DNA of 64,000 nucleotides from Polaromonas sp. (GCF_039932935.1 NZ_JBDTPB010000086.1:6057-70056); one strand, 5' to 3'; positions 1 to 10,473 are shown, numbered from the stretch's first letter. A program made the numbers and translations. The notes: a model not told the origin generated them from the sequence alone.

Positions 1-13
1 GCACAGCGCCCAC

Positions 14-460
14 TCAACCCGGCAGGGTCAGGCCGGGCCTTTCATCGTCCCAGGCCATAGCGCTCATCTTCCAGCCTTCAGGTGTTTTGACGAACTGCGT
101 TGAGATCATGCCGCGCGCCTCGAACGCTTCGCCGTTCATCGTGCCGGCCTTTCCGTAAGCGCTGTAGCGATGGGCGATGTTGCCAAAGACTTGCGTGGCT
201 TCCGACAGCTCCCATTCCCTGAAGCGCGTGAGGTTGCCGCCGTCCACCATGGCCTGCCGCGGCGCAATGAATTCCGGCACGCTGGAAACCTCAGGTGTGG
301 CTCCGGTGTTCTTGATCAGCAGGCCGGTGGCAATGAACAGGCCGTGAATGTCGCCGTAAGGCGGCACGTCGCCCGGTTCAAACGAGACGGCGCGAAAGAA
401 CGCCAACGCCAGCGCATCCAGCTCGTTCTTCACCGCTTGGGGGTCGGCATCCTGGTTCAT
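14..460 (-). CDS. Hypothetical NTF2/SnoaL-like (DUF4440-type) protein
   Basis: 148-aa ORF with GC-rich codon usage. The C-terminal GMISTQFVKTPEGWKMSAMAWDDE pattern is typical of NTF2-like folds; ggag-like RBS upstream. Confidence 0.65.
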   Translation of the reverse strand: MNQDADPQAVKNELDALALAFFRAVSFEPGDVPPYGDIHGLFIATGLLIKNTGATPEVSSVPEFIAPRQAMVDGGNLTRFREWELSEATQVFGNIAHRYSAYGKAGTMNGEAFEARGMISTQFVKTPEGWKMSAMAWDDERPGLTLPG

Positions 461-578
461 GGCGTCTCCTTGGTTGGCGGGAGTGTAGGCGTCTGCGGCA
501 ACGGCCTGCAGGCACAGCGCACGAAACCCCGAACCCGCCTGGGGATACTGCGGGACGGTGCACCGGCGAATACGGAGA

Positions 579-638
579 TATAAAAATGCCCCAAAGCGTT
601 TGGGGGCAAGCGCAAAGAGCTATCAAAAATATAGCAAC
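579..638 (+). repeat. REP-like family B, copy 1
   Basis: GCGCAAAGAGCTATCAAAAATATAGCAAC matches the core GCGCAAGCAGCTAT-N-ATAGC seen at 8 other intergenic sites. Confidence 0.75.
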
Positions 639-656
639 AAGGCGCCTGCCCGCCCG

Positions 657-1715
657 TCAGGCATCCGCCGGCTTTTCCTCGCGCCCGCCGGGATGGCGCG
701 CAAAACGTGCCGGCTCCCGCCCATGCACGGGCGCGTCGTCGCCAAACGACCAGCCGCCGAACTGTGTGCGCTGGTAGTCCGCCATGGTTTGCGCTATTTC
801 GGCCTGGGTGTTCATGACAAACGGGCCGTACTGCACCACAGGTTCGCCAATCGGCTTGCCTTGCAGCATCAGGAACTCGGCTTGCTCGGCGCCGTTAACG
901 ATCTCCGCATCCATGCCGGCCCGCAACTCGATGGCGCTGTCCACATTCACCGCCTGGCCGCCCACCGTTGCCGACTGCCCCTTGAAAAAATACAGCTGGC
1001 GCCGGGTGCCTTCGCCGCTTGCTGCGGGCAGTGTCCAATGCGCGCCGGGCGCCATGCGGACCGTCCAGATCGCCACGTCTGCTTCGGCCTGCGAGGCCCA
1101 CGAATCCGGCGGGGGTACCAGCGGCGTGGCCGCGATGTTTTGCACGCGGCCTGCGATGACGGCCACGTCGGCGGCTCGCCCTTCGGCGTCCTGCACGCTC
1201 AGGCGCGGAATGTCCTGCGACCAGAACATGGTGAAGTGCGGCTCGCTCATCTTGCTGGCAGCCGGCAGGTTCAGCCAGATCTGGAACAGCTCCAGCGGAT
1301 TCGGGTTCTGCGTATCCAGCAGCGGAAACATTTCGGAATGCACCACGCCCTTGCCGGCGGTCAGCCACTGCACGTCGCCCTGGCCAAAGCGCGCCGTCGC
1401 ACCCAGCGAATCGGAATGATCGATCAGGCCCTTGCGCACGATGGTCACGGTCTCAAAGCCGCGGTGCGGGTGTGCGGGGAAGCCCGGCACCGTGCTGCCG
1501 TGGTACATGTTCCAGCCGTCCTTGCGGGCAAAGTCCTGGCCGATGTTGCGTCCCGCCAGCGAGGCGTCCGGCCCCATCTGCGCATTGCCCCTGGGGTAGG
1601 CATCGTCGTGGTACACGCAAAAAAGAAAGGGGTCGAGCGTTGCCCACGGAAAGCCGAGCGGCTTGACCTGCAGGACTGGGTGCGTGGCGGAACTTGGGGC
1701 GAGGTTGGCAGCCAT
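657..1715 (-). CDS. Pirin family bicupin protein
   Basis: DPFLFCVYH, GFPAHPHRGFETVT, GDVQWLTAGKGVVHSEM and YGPFVMNT pirin motifs. Confidence 0.95.
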   Translation of the reverse strand: MAANLAPSSATHPVLQVKPLGFPWATLDPFLFCVYHDDAYPRGNAQMGPDASLAGRNIGQDFARKDGWNMYHGSTVPGFPAHPHRGFETVTIVRKGLIDHSDSLGATARFGQGDVQWLTAGKGVVHSEMFPLLDTQNPNPLELFQIWLNLPAASKMSEPHFTMFWSQDIPRLSVQDAEGRAADVAVIAGRVQNIAATPLVPPPDSWASQAEADVAIWTVRMAPGAHWTLPAASGEGTRRQLYFFKGQSATVGGQAVNVDSAIELRAGMDAEIVNGAEQAEFLMLQGKPIGEPVVQYGPFVMNTQAEIAQTMADYQRTQFGGWSFGDDAPVHGREPARFARHPGGREEKPADA

Positions 1716-1835
1716 GAAGAGGCCTTTCTGGCGTTGAAACGTTCAAACAACACACATGAGGTTCGCGGCAGTTCTTTCAAGCCGCGCTCCAGGCCGTTCG
1801 CCACCTCTCCGGCAAATCTGGCCCAGAGCTTTAAG

Positions 1836-1894
1836 CACAATAGACCCCCAGCTCTTATGTAACGTGCGCAAGCAGCTATAAAATCAATAGCAAC
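1836..1894 (+). repeat. REP-like family B, copy 2
   Basis: AACGTGCGCAAGCAGCTATAAAATCAATAGCAAC at 1861-1894. Confidence 0.8.
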
Positions 1895-1927
1895 TACGGT
1901 TCGCCCTCTGCAGGCCCCGCTGTTTAC

Positions 1928-2689
1928 TCAGGCCTTCAGCTTCCAGCCCGTGCGGAAGATCCACCACACCGCGCCCAGGCACAGCCCCAGAAAGCCCAGG
2001 ATGGCCGCCACGCTGATGCCCACATTGACATCGGCCACGCCGTAGAAGCTCCAGCGAAATCCGCTGATCAGGTAAACCACCGGGTTGAACAGGGCAATTT
2101 TTTGCCACAGTGGTGGCAGCATGTTGATGGAATAAAACGCGCCGCCCAGAAAAGTCAGCGGCGTCACGACCATCATCGGTACGACCTGCAGCTTCTGGAA
2201 GTTGTCCGCCCACAGCCCGATGATGAAACCGAACAGGCTGAAGGTCAGCGCCGTCAGCAGCAGGAAGCACAGCATCCAGAAAGGGTGCGCAATGCCATAC
2301 GGCACGAACAGGCGCGCCGTCGCCAGGATCAACAAGCCCAGCAACACGGACTTGCTCGCCGCGGCTCCCACGTAACCCATCACCACTTCCATGGACGACA
2401 CCGGCGCCGACAGCAGCTCGTAAATCGTTCCCGACCACTTCGGCATGTAGATGCCGAAGGCAGCATTCGAGATGCTCTCGTTGAGCAGCGACAGCATGAC
2501 GAGACCGGGGATGATGAAGGCGCCGTAGCGGATGCCGTCGATGTCTCCCATGCGTGAACCGATGGCCGCGCCGAACACCACGAAGTACAGCGAGGTCGAA
2601 ATCACCGGCGAGGCAATGGACTGGGTCAGCGTGCGGAAGGTGCGCGCCATTTCAAAGCGATAGATCGCGCGGATAGCGTGCCAGTTCAT
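1928..2689 (-). CDS. ABC-2 type transporter permease (YadH-like)
   Basis: Six hydrophobic segments; [13 protein letters not shown] and [12 protein letters not shown] motifs; ATGA overlap with the ATPase gene. Confidence 0.93.
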   Translation of the reverse strand: MNWHAIRAIYRFEMARTFRTLTQSIASPVISTSLYFVVFGAAIGSRMGDIDGIRYGAFIIPGLVMLSLLNESISNAAFGIYMPKWSGTIYELLSAPVSSMEVVMGYVGAAASKSVLLGLLILATARLFVPYGIAHPFWMLCFLLLTALTFSLFGFIIGLWADNFQKLQVVPMMVVTPLTFLGGAFYSINMLPPLWQKIALFNPVVYLISGFRWSFYGVADVNVGISVAAILGFLGLCLGAVWWIFRTGWKLKA

Positions 2690-3642
2690 GCGGCCTCCTT
2701 GTGGGCGGCGGGTTTGTCGGCGTGCACGAGGCTCACGAAGATGTCTTCGAGCGAACTTTCACTCGAATGCAGGTCCTTGAAGTCAATGCCCAGTTCGGCC
2801 AGCTGCCTGAGCAGCGCAGCGATGCCGGTTTCCTCGGTCTGCGTGTCGAAGGTATAGACCAGGGTGTGTCCTTCTTTGGTCAGCTCAAGCGGCAGCCCTG
2901 CCAGCGCTTGCGGAATGCTTTGCAGCGGCGTTTGCAGCTGCAGGCTCAATTGCTTCTTGCCCAGCTTGCGCATCAGCACTGCTTTGTCTTCGACAAGAAT
3001 CAGTTCGCCCTTGTTGATCACGCCGATGCGGTCGGCCATCTCCTCGGCTTCCTCGATGTAGTGGGTGGTCAGGATGATGGTGACACCGCTGCTGCGAAGG
3101 TCCCGCACCATTTGCCACATGCCCTTGCGCAGCTCGACATCAACACCCGCGCTGGGTTCATCAAGAAACAGGATGGTTGGCTCATGCGACAGCGCCTTGG
3201 CAATCAGCACCCGGCGCTTCATGCCGCCCGAGAGCGCCATGATCTTGCTGTCCTTCTTGTCCCACAGGGAGAGATCGCGCAGCACTTTCTCAATGTAGGC
3301 CGGGTTGGGCGGCTTGCCGTACAGGCCTCGGCTGAAACTCACGGTGGACCACACGGTTTCAAAGGCATCGGTCGAAAGCTCCTGCGGCACCAGCCCGATC
3401 TTGGCACGGGCGGCCCGGTAGTCGCGGACGATGTCGTGCCCATCGGCGGTCACGGTTCCCGAACCGGGCTTGACGATGCCGCAGACGATGCTGATCAGGG
3501 TGGTCTTGCCCGCGCCGTTGGGGCCGAGCAGGGCGAAAATCTCGCCGCGCTGGATGTCCAGGTCCACTGACTTGAGCGCCTGAAAGCCCGAGGCATACGT
3601 TTTGCTGAGTTGCTGGATGGAAATAATGGGATTGGCTTGCAC
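2686..3642 (-). CDS. ABC transporter ATP-binding protein (YadG-like)
   Basis: Walker A GPNGAGKT, signature LSGGMKRR, Walker B LFLDEP, H-loop TTHY. Likely GTG start at 3642 (ORF track extends to 3687). Confidence 0.95.
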   Translation of the reverse strand: MQANPIISIQQLSKTYASGFQALKSVDLDIQRGEIFALLGPNGAGKTTLISIVCGIVKPGSGTVTADGHDIVRDYRAARAKIGLVPQELSTDAFETVWSTVSFSRGLYGKPPNPAYIEKVLRDLSLWDKKDSKIMALSGGMKRRVLIAKALSHEPTILFLDEPSAGVDVELRKGMWQMVRDLRSSGVTIILTTHYIEEAEEMADRIGVINKGELILVEDKAVLMRKLGKKQLSLQLQTPLQSIPQALAGLPLELTKEGHTLVYTFDTQTEETGIAALLRQLAELGIDFKDLHSSESSLEDIFVSLVHADKPAAHKEAA

Positions 3643-3773
3643 GCGGCATCCTGATGTGAAGGTGGTGCCAGAAGAGGCTCGAAACATTCTATCGAGTGCA
3701 GATAAAAATGCAGGGGCGAGGGCTTTCAGGAAAAAATGCCTGCACTGACTGCCCGCGCTGATGTGGGTGCCGT

Positions 3774-4565
3774 TCAGTTCGCCTGGTTTTTGCGCAGCGT
3801 CGGCAGGCCCACGCCGGCAGACTCAAAACCACCGTCCACCGCCAGCACCTGGCCATTGACGTAGCTGGCCGCAGGGCTGCACAAAAAGCCCACGGCGGAG
3901 GCGATTTCTTCCACGGTTCCGTAGCGCCCCAGCGGAATCACGTCGTGGTAGTCCGAGCGAATGGCCACGCTGTGAACCAGCTTGGCCATTTCCGTGTCCA
4001 CCGGCCCGGGCGCAATCACGTTGGCCCGGATGCCGACGGTGCCCAGCTCAACGGCCTGCTGCTTGGTCAGCTGGATGAGCGCGGCCTTGCTGGTGCCGTA
4101 CGCCACACGAAGCGTACTCGCGCGCAGGCCCGAGATCGACGCGATGTTGACAATGCTGCCGCCGCCGGTGCGCTTCATGATGGGCACGCAGGCCTGGCTG
4201 CACAAAAAAGCGCCGTCCAGGTTGACGCCCAAAACCCGGCGCCATTCTTCGAAAGTGGTTTCGCCGATGGGCTTGAACACCGCGACGCCGGCATTGTTGA
4301 CCAGCGCATCGATGCGGCCGAAGCTGGCGTCCACCTTCTCCATGGCCGACTGCACCTGCACCGGGTCGGCCACGTCGCAATGCACCGCCAGCACGCGTCC
4401 CGCGTCCTGCAAGGCGGCAGCGGCGGGCAGCAGCGTGCCCGAGTCAACGTCCAGAAGCGCGACACGGTAGCCGTTGGCCAGAAACCATTTACCGATGGCA
4501 AGGCCGATGCCGCGAGCGCCCCCGGTCACGACGGCCACGGGGCTGGTGGAAGGAGTTGCAGTCAT
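3774..4565 (-). CDS. SDR family NAD(P)-dependent oxidoreductase
   Basis: [12 protein letters not shown] and catalytic YGTSK motifs. Confidence 0.95.
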   Translation of the reverse strand: MTATPSTSPVAVVTGGARGIGLAIGKWFLANGYRVALLDVDSGTLLPAAAALQDAGRVLAVHCDVADPVQVQSAMEKVDASFGRIDALVNNAGVAVFKPIGETTFEEWRRVLGVNLDGAFLCSQACVPIMKRTGGGSIVNIASISGLRASTLRVAYGTSKAALIQLTKQQAVELGTVGIRANVIAPGPVDTEMAKLVHSVAIRSDYHDVIPLGRYGTVEEIASAVGFLCSPAASYVNGQVLAVDGGFESAGVGLPTLRKNQAN

Positions 4566-4684
4566 GGATGGTCTCGTCTTGTTGTCTTGGGAATGAAGAA
4601 GGGTTCGGTGAAAGTCAGGTCGAAGTTTGCACTACGGCGCGGATTTGTGACGCTCTCGTGAGCCCCTCCTGCAGGATGCAGTGG

Positions 4685-5215
4685 TCAGGGCCGGCGAAAC
4701 GAAAACGACTGCCGTGCCCAGTAGGTAGAGCGCAAGGAGTCCAGGCGCACTTCACCCCCGGTGGATGGCGCATGCACAAAGCGGTTTTCGCCAACGTAAA
4801 TGCCGGCGTGGGTGGCCGTGCCCCGCTGCATAAACACCACCAGGTCGCCGGTGCGTGCCGATTCCGCGGGCACGGGCTGGCCCCAGTTCACCAGCGTGGC
4901 CACAGTGCGCGGCGATGCGATGTGGGCGCGCGAACGGTAGACGTGACCGATCAGGCCGCTGCAGTCAAAGCCGGACTCCGGCGTGTTGCCACCATAGCGA
5001 TAAGGCGTTCCCACCAGGCTGATGGCGTAGAGCGTGACGTCGTTCGCCTCGTCGACAGACAGACGCGGCGGGGCCGAGGGTTGCGCCGAAGATGAGGGCA
5101 ACGATGGCAGGCTGCCGCAACCGCTTAGCGCCATCAGCGTGGTCAATGCAAACAAGGCCGCAAAGGCCGCTCGGGAAATGGTTGGGGGTCGAAGTGTGCA
5201 TGCGGCGTGAGGCAT
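4685..5215 (-). CDS. NlpC/P60 (C40) peptidoglycan peptidase lipoprotein
   Basis: Lipobox LSGC; GTPYRYGG, FDCSGL, HAGIYVG and FVHAPS motifs. Confidence 0.93.
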   Translation of the reverse strand: MPHAACTLRPPTISRAAFAALFALTTLMALSGCGSLPSLPSSSAQPSAPPRLSVDEANDVTLYAISLVGTPYRYGGNTPESGFDCSGLIGHVYRSRAHIASPRTVATLVNWGQPVPAESARTGDLVVFMQRGTATHAGIYVGENRFVHAPSTGGEVRLDSLRSTYWARQSFSFRRP

Positions 5216-5272
5216 CGGTCCATTTTGTCAGCCCCGGTGCGCAAGGGCAACCCGCCGATGCTGCCGGCTCGC

Positions 5273-5764
5273 TCAGCTTGTCGTTTTCACGCGGCGGTAG
5301 CTTGCCGTCATAAAGCGCTTCCAGCTCCCGTCGGGCTGCAGCGATTGCGAGTGCAGCGTGCGCTCGTCAGGACCCTTGATCGTGATCACGTCCTGATAAC
5401 GCGCCGTCTTGCCGTCATCCTTGAAGCTCGGGCCTTCGGTGTCCAGGGTCAGCACTTTGCCGGACGCATCCAGTGTGCCGCGGTAAATCCACATGTGCGT
5501 CATCATGGAGCCGGCCCAAGTGCCTTGGTAGACCTTCTTCTCGGGGTCGTAGCCGAGTGTCATCAGCATTTCGCAGGGTCCGCCGCCGGGCATGTCGGCC
5601 TTGCCTTCACACACCACCCACAGGCCGCCAAGGCTGCGGACGATTTCCGTGCCTTCGCTTTTCACCGGTGCTTGACCCGGCGCGCCTTCGCATTCGCCGG
5701 TTGTGGTCCAGTGGCCCAGCAGTTGCTTGAGCCATTCATGTTCCTTCTGGGGTGTCGCTTGCAT
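5273..5764 (-). CDS. DUF1579 domain protein
   Basis: PQKEHEWLKQLLGHW start and GYDPEKKVYQGTWAGSM typical of DUF1579; AGGAGG RBS before ATG 5764. Confidence 0.8.
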   Translation of the reverse strand: MQATPQKEHEWLKQLLGHWTTTGECEGAPGQAPVKSEGTEIVRSLGGLWVVCEGKADMPGGGPCEMLMTLGYDPEKKVYQGTWAGSMMTHMWIYRGTLDASGKVLTLDTEGPSFKDDGKTARYQDVITIKGPDERTLHSQSLQPDGSWKRFMTASYRRVKTTS

Positions 5765-5807
5765 GTCGCCTCCTGTGAGATTCAAAAAAATAAGAGAAAC
5801 CGATTTG

Positions 5808-6428
5808 TCAGGCGGCCCGCGATGCCGGGAAGGGCTCGCGCCAGGCGGGCAGCTGGTTAAGCCGGTCGTGCCAGCGCCGGATTTCGGGGAAACCGTCCAG
5901 CGGCAAGCGGGCCTTTTCGGCATACGGCAGCGTAATGGCTACCGCAAAGTCGGCCACCGTCAATGCGTCGCCGACGAGGTACTTGCGCCCTTTCAGGTGG
6001 GCCTCCAGCACGCCGGCGTAGCGCTCGAAGTTCGGCATCACCCTCGCAATCTCCGCCGGATCGGCCTCGCGTTGCAGGAAGCCCGGCTTGATGATGTGCT
6101 CGAAATAAAAAGTCCCTGCGGCCGGCGCGAACTCCGTGGCGTCCCACATCAGCCAGCGCATCACCTCAATGCGGCGCTTGTCGCTCGGCCACAGGTCGGA
6201 TCCAGCCTTCTCCGCCAGGTAGCACATGATGGCGTTGGACTCCCACAGCACCAGGTCGTCATCCACCAGCACCGGCACCTTGGCGTTCGGGTTCATCGCG
6301 CGAAAAGCCGGACTGAGGTGCTCGCCCTTGCCCAGCTCGACCCAGATGAACTCAACGGGCAATTGCAAATGCTGCGCGAGGGCGCAGACCTTTCGCGGGT
6401 TGAGTGTGTTTGAGTAATAGAGCTTCAT
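5808..6428 (-). CDS. Glutathione S-transferase family protein
   Basis: NPNAKVPVL, LWESNAI and YLVGDALTVADFAV GST motifs. Confidence 0.93.
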   Translation of the reverse strand: MKLYYSNTLNPRKVCALAQHLQLPVEFIWVELGKGEHLSPAFRAMNPNAKVPVLVDDDLVLWESNAIMCYLAEKAGSDLWPSDKRRIEVMRWLMWDATEFAPAAGTFYFEHIIKPGFLQREADPAEIARVMPNFERYAGVLEAHLKGRKYLVGDALTVADFAVAITLPYAEKARLPLDGFPEIRRWHDRLNQLPAWREPFPASRAA

Positions 6429-6440
6429 CAGTGCTCTGTG

Positions 6441-6875
6441 TCAGGGCATGGGCCGGGGGTTGATCACCATCCATGACACGCCGAAACGGTCGGCCACCAT
6501 GCCGAAGGCCGAGGCGAAGAAGGTCTGGGTCATCGGCATTTCCACCTTGCCGCCATCGCCCAGCGCCTTGAATAGCCGTTGTGCTTCGGCGTCGCTGGCC
6601 GCGGTCAATGACAGCGAGAAGCCCTTGAACTCCGGCTTGCCATTGCTGCCCATGCCGTCGGAGGCCATCACTTCCGTTTCGCCAATCTTGAAGGAGGCGT
6701 GCATGATGTTGTCGCCCGGAATGGCGCCGCCGCCAGGCCCGCAGCCCTCGGTCATGGGTTCGGGGTTCTCCTTGAAGCGCATCATCATCGTCACTTCGGC
6801 GCCCAGCGCCTTGCGGTAAAACTCTATGGCCTCTTCGCAGCGGCCGTTAAACATCAAATAGGACTGCACTAGCAT
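6441..6875 (-). CDS. VOC family protein (PhnB-like)
   Basis: YLMFNGRCEEAIEFY, IMHASFKIG and FGMVADRFGVSWMV. Confidence 0.9.
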   Translation of the reverse strand: MLVQSYLMFNGRCEEAIEFYRKALGAEVTMMMRFKENPEPMTEGCGPGGGAIPGDNIMHASFKIGETEVMASDGMGSNGKPEFKGFSLSLTAASDAEAQRLFKALGDGGKVEMPMTQTFFASAFGMVADRFGVSWMVINPRPMP

Positions 6876-6931
6876 GGTTGACTCCTTGGGGGGTTGAAAA
6901 AGCAGGTTTGAAGGTCAGGGGAGGAATGCGT

Positions 6932-7357
6932 TCAGGCGGTGGCGGCCATGTCGGCCGGCAGGGCGCTCATGTCCATGTACATGATTTCCCAGAGGTGACC
7001 GTCCAGGTCCTCGAAGCCGTGCCCATACATGAAGCCGCTGTCTTGCGGTTTGTTCGGCGTGGTGGCGCCGGCGGTCACCGCCTTGCCCACCATGTCATCG
7101 ACTTCTTTGCGGCTTTCGGCGGAAAGGCACAGCAGCACCTCGGTGCCCTTCCTGGCGTCGCTGACCGGCTTGGGCGTGAAGGTCTTGAAGAAGCTCTCCG
7201 TCAGCAGCATGACGTAGTTATGGTCTTCGCTCACGATCATGCAGGCACCCTGCTCGTTGGTGAATTGCGGGTTGAACCTGAAGCCCAGTGCGGTGAAAAA
7301 CTTCTTTGAAGCCTCGAGATTTTTCACGGGCAAATTGACGAACATTTGAGTGGCCAT
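6932..7357 (-). CDS. VOC family glyoxalase/bleomycin-resistance-like protein
   Basis: FVNLPVKNLEASKKFF and MYGHGFEDLDGHLWE. Confidence 0.9.
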   Translation of the reverse strand: MATQMFVNLPVKNLEASKKFFTALGFRFNPQFTNEQGACMIVSEDHNYVMLLTESFFKTFTPKPVSDARKGTEVLLCLSAESRKEVDDMVGKAVTAGATTPNKPQDSGFMYGHGFEDLDGHLWEIMYMDMSALPADMAATA

Positions 7358-7418
7358 GGTGTGTTTCCGGGTGTTTTCCCGCCGGGGAGGTTGAGGGTAA
7401 AAAAGGGCAGAGGGGGCG

Positions 7419-7892
7419 TCAGGCCTTGTCGTAGGCCTCTTGCAGTCCTTTGATGCTGATCTTGTGCATGCCCAGCATCGCCTTCATGGTGGCGCCGGCC
7501 TTGGCCGGATTTTTGTCGCCCAGCATGTCGCCGAGCGCGGTGGGGATGATCTGCCACGACAGGCCGAACTTGTCCTGCACCCAGCCGCACTGGTTGGGCG
7601 CGCCGCCGGCCGAGAGTTTGTCCCAGAGCGCATCCACTTCTTCCTGGGTCTTGCAGTCCACGAACAGCGAAATCGCCGGCGTGAAGCTGAAGTGTGGGCC
7701 GCCGTTCAGCGCCATGAATTCCTGGCCTTCGAGCTGGAAGCTCCCGGTCATGACCGATCCCTCAGGCCCGGGGCCTTCCTTGCCGTAGCGCCGCAGCGTG
7801 GTGATCTTCGAGTTCTTGAAGATCGAGACATAAAAGTTCATGGCTTCCTCGGCCTGGTCGTTGAACCACAGGAAGGGGGTGATTTTCTGCAT
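7419..7892 (-). CDS. VOC family protein (3-demethylubiquinone-9 3-methyltransferase-like annotation class)
   Basis: KITPFLWFNDQAEEA, FMALNGGP and CGWVQDKFGLSWQI. Confidence 0.9.
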   Translation of the reverse strand: MQKITPFLWFNDQAEEAMNFYVSIFKNSKITTLRRYGKEGPGPEGSVMTGSFQLEGQEFMALNGGPHFSFTPAISLFVDCKTQEEVDALWDKLSAGGAPNQCGWVQDKFGLSWQIIPTALGDMLGDKNPAKAGATMKAMLGMHKISIKGLQEAYDKA

Positions 7893-7917
7893 GCTGTTTC
7901 CTTTGAGGGTGGTGGGT

Positions 7918-8634
7918 TCAGCGCGCGAGCGCTTTCGGGTAATGAAGTTGCGGATACCAGTCAGTGCCCCGGCCCTCGGGCGTGCTGTCCAGAATGGTCC
8001 ACAGCGGCATCAGGTCTGGCGCGCCGCGCGGATCCTGGCCGGGGTCCGCCGTGGCCGGGCCCATCTCGCCGCTCCAGAAGTGGCGTGGGGTGCCGTCGCG
8101 CCGGGTGAAGACATTGAAGCCCGGCATGTCCGCGTCGTCGGCGTTCACGTAGGCGCGGGTGTACTCGCCGGTCGGGTCTGAATAGATCCGCAGATGCTGC
8201 CAGCCGCGCTCCTTCCTGAAGGCCAGCAACCGCTCGATCGGCGAACGCGCAATCGCCACCAGTGAGATGCGCTGTCCCACATCGGCTGCACAACCGTCCC
8301 AGGCCGACAGCAGCGAAGTGCACATCGGGCAAGGCTGCTTGCGCTGGGGGCCAAACATGTAGCTGTACACCGCCAGCGTTTGCTTGCCGCCGAACAGTTG
8401 CGTAAAAGTAACCGGGCCTTCTTCGCCCTCAAAGCGGTAATCCATCGGCACCACACCGCCCGGCGGCAAGGCCCGGCGTTGTCCCGCCACCTTTTCAATG
8501 TGCCGCCTGAGCTCGATTTCCTCGGCCAGCAGCGCATTGCGCGCCTGGCGGTAGTCGTCGCTTTCGTTGGGAAAGCGAACGCCATTGATCTGGGCCAGTG
8601 CGCTGGCGGACTTGAGTGGGAGTGGCGCGGTCAT
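7918..8634 (-). CDS. DUF899 family thioredoxin-like protein
   Basis: LLAEEIELRRH, RRALPPG and a CPMC redox motif. Confidence 0.9.
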   Translation of the reverse strand: MTAPLPLKSASALAQINGVRFPNESDDYRQARNALLAEEIELRRHIEKVAGQRRALPPGGVVPMDYRFEGEEGPVTFTQLFGGKQTLAVYSYMFGPQRKQPCPMCTSLLSAWDGCAADVGQRISLVAIARSPIERLLAFRKERGWQHLRIYSDPTGEYTRAYVNADDADMPGFNVFTRRDGTPRHFWSGEMGPATADPGQDPRGAPDLMPLWTILDSTPEGRGTDWYPQLHYPKALAR

Positions 8635-8697
8635 TCGGGGCGTCCAGGTTGGTAATTCGGATGCATTTCAGTTGCGTGGCGGGGAAAACAGGGCTAT

Positions 8698-8748
8698 TGT
8701 GTACACCGTCCACAAAAGAATAACAAAGATAATGAACACTGTCCACAT
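8698..8748. promoter_or_regulatory. Paired imperfect palindromes, candidate TetR operators
   Basis: TGTGTACACCGTCCACA (8698-8714) and AATGAACACTGTCCACA (8731-8747) lie 33 bp apart between the divergent DUF899 and TetR genes. Confidence 0.55.
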
Positions 8749-8764
8749 AAATAAGTAACAAGTC

Positions 8765-9451
8765 ATGACGAGCGCGCCCAAGCCCCTGCAGCCCCGCAGC
8801 ACTTACCGCCACGGCGATCTGCGGCGTGCCCTGCTGGAAGCCGGTGTGGAGCTGGCCCGTGCGGGCGGGCCCGAGGCCGTGGTCCTGCGCGAAGCCACGC
8901 GCCGTGCAGGCGTGGCGCCCAACGCCGCTTACCGCCATTTCGAAAACCGCCAGGCCTTGCTGTACGCGGTTCGTTCAGCCGCGCTGGCGGCAGTGGCCCG
9001 CGCCATGGAGGCCGAACTGGCCGCGTTGCCCCAGGATTTGCCACCCGTCGACTTCGCCCGCGCCAACGTGCGCGCGGTCGGCACCGGTTACCTGCGGTTT
9101 GCGCAGGCCGAGAGCGGGCTGTTCCGCACGGCCTTTGGCCCCTCCGACGACCTGGCGCAAAGAACCCAGGGTGCACCGGCCGATAGCGAGCGCAAAGGGC
9201 AAAGCGGACTGGACCCTTTCGAGCTGCTGGGCGCTGCCATCGACAAGCTGGTGGACGCTGGTGTCCTGTCGCCGCAGCGCCGCCCCGGCGCCGAATTCCT
9301 CGCCTGGTCGGCGGTGCATGGCCTGGCCATGCTGGTGATTGACGGGCCGCTGGGTCCGCTCATCGGCCCGCAGATGCAGCAGATCGGCCAGCGTTTGATC
9401 GACATGGTGGAAAAAGGCCTGTGCGAGGATCCGGGCTCGCCAAGGCTGTAG
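8765..9451 (+). CDS. TetR/AcrR regulator with WHG C-terminal domain
   Basis: YRHGDLRRALL, LREATRRAGVAPNAAYRHF HTH and AWSAVHGLA motif. Confidence 0.92.
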   Translation: MTSAPKPLQPRSTYRHGDLRRALLEAGVELARAGGPEAVVLREATRRAGVAPNAAYRHFENRQALLYAVRSAALAAVARAMEAELAALPQDLPPVDFARANVRAVGTGYLRFAQAESGLFRTAFGPSDDLAQRTQGAPADSERKGQSGLDPFELLGAAIDKLVDAGVLSPQRRPGAEFLAWSAVHGLAMLVIDGPLGPLIGPQMQQIGQRLIDMVEKGLCEDPGSPRL

Positions 9452-9528
9452 TTCGTCCCTCACACCTCCTCAAATCTTCTGTAGATGGTGGTCATTCCAG
9501 AACTATCTTGCTGGCCTGTGCGATGTCC

Positions 9529-10473
9529 TCATGCCACCGGGTCCGTACGGGCCGGCAGTCCCATACCGGTCGGCAGTCCCTCGCGCAGCGCCTCCACAAA
9601 GCGCCGCAGCTTGGCCGGGTAAAAGCTCGAATAGGGATAGATCAGATAGACCGGCAGGGGCTCTGCACACCACTGCGGCGCCAGGTGCAGCAGCCGGCCT
9701 TCAGCCACATCGTCGGCCACCAGCCAGGTCGAAGCGATGCTCGCGCCCAGGCCCAGCAGCGTGGCATTGCGCAGGGCGAAGAGGCTGTCGGTGCCCAGGC
9801 GAGGCCGTATCGCAAATCGGTGCTCTTCACGGCGCTGGTCGGCGTGGCGGCGGATCAGCACCACCTCGTTGCGATAGAAGGTTTGGAGCGCCAGCCAAGG
9901 CAGGGCCTGCAGCTCGGCCGGATGCAGCGGCGGCGGCTTGCCCTGCAGCAGCGAAGGCGCGGCCACCACGATGCGCCGGATTTCAGCAACCTTCACAGCC
10001 ACCAAAGAAGGGTCTTCCACCGCGCCCACGTGCACCGCGCAGTCGATGCCCTGCGCGATGAAGTCTGGCGTGCCGTCGTGGAGCAGCCATTCCACCGTGA
10101 CCCGTTCGTGGCGCCGCAAATAGTCGACCACCGGCCCCACTAGCTGCTGCTGGCCCAAGGCATGCGGCACGACCACACGCAGCGTGCCCTCCGGCACTTC
10201 CTGGGTGCCGCGCAGGTCGGCTTCAAAGGCATCCCAGTTGCCCAGCAACTCCTTGGCGCGGCTAAAACAACGCTCGCCGTCTTCGGTCAGTTTCATCGCG
10301 TGGGTGGAGCGCTGCAGCAGCTTGAGGCCCAGCGATCGCTCCAGTGCCTGCAGGCGCCGGCTGACCGTGGGTTGCGTGGCGTTCATCTGCGCTGCGGCGG
10401 CAGACAGGCTGCCTGCCTCCACGATGCGCACAAAGGTCTGCATCAGCTCAATCCGGTCCGGTGCGGTTTTCAT
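9529..10473 (-). CDS. LysR family regulator
   Basis: GSLSAAAAQMNATQPTVSRRLQALE HTH and LLQRSTH; divergent from an MFS gene. Likely start 10473. Confidence 0.93.
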   Translation of the reverse strand: MKTAPDRIELMQTFVRIVEAGSLSAAAAQMNATQPTVSRRLQALERSLGLKLLQRSTHAMKLTEDGERCFSRAKELLGNWDAFEADLRGTQEVPEGTLRVVVPHALGQQQLVGPVVDYLRRHERVTVEWLLHDGTPDFIAQGIDCAVHVGAVEDPSLVAVKVAEIRRIVVAAPSLLQGKPPPLHPAELQALPWLALQTFYRNEVVLIRRHADQRREEHRFAIRPRLGTDSLFALRNATLLGLGASIASTWLVADDVAEGRLLHLAPQWCAEPLPVYLIYPYSSFYPAKLRRFVEALREGLPTGMGLPARTDPVA

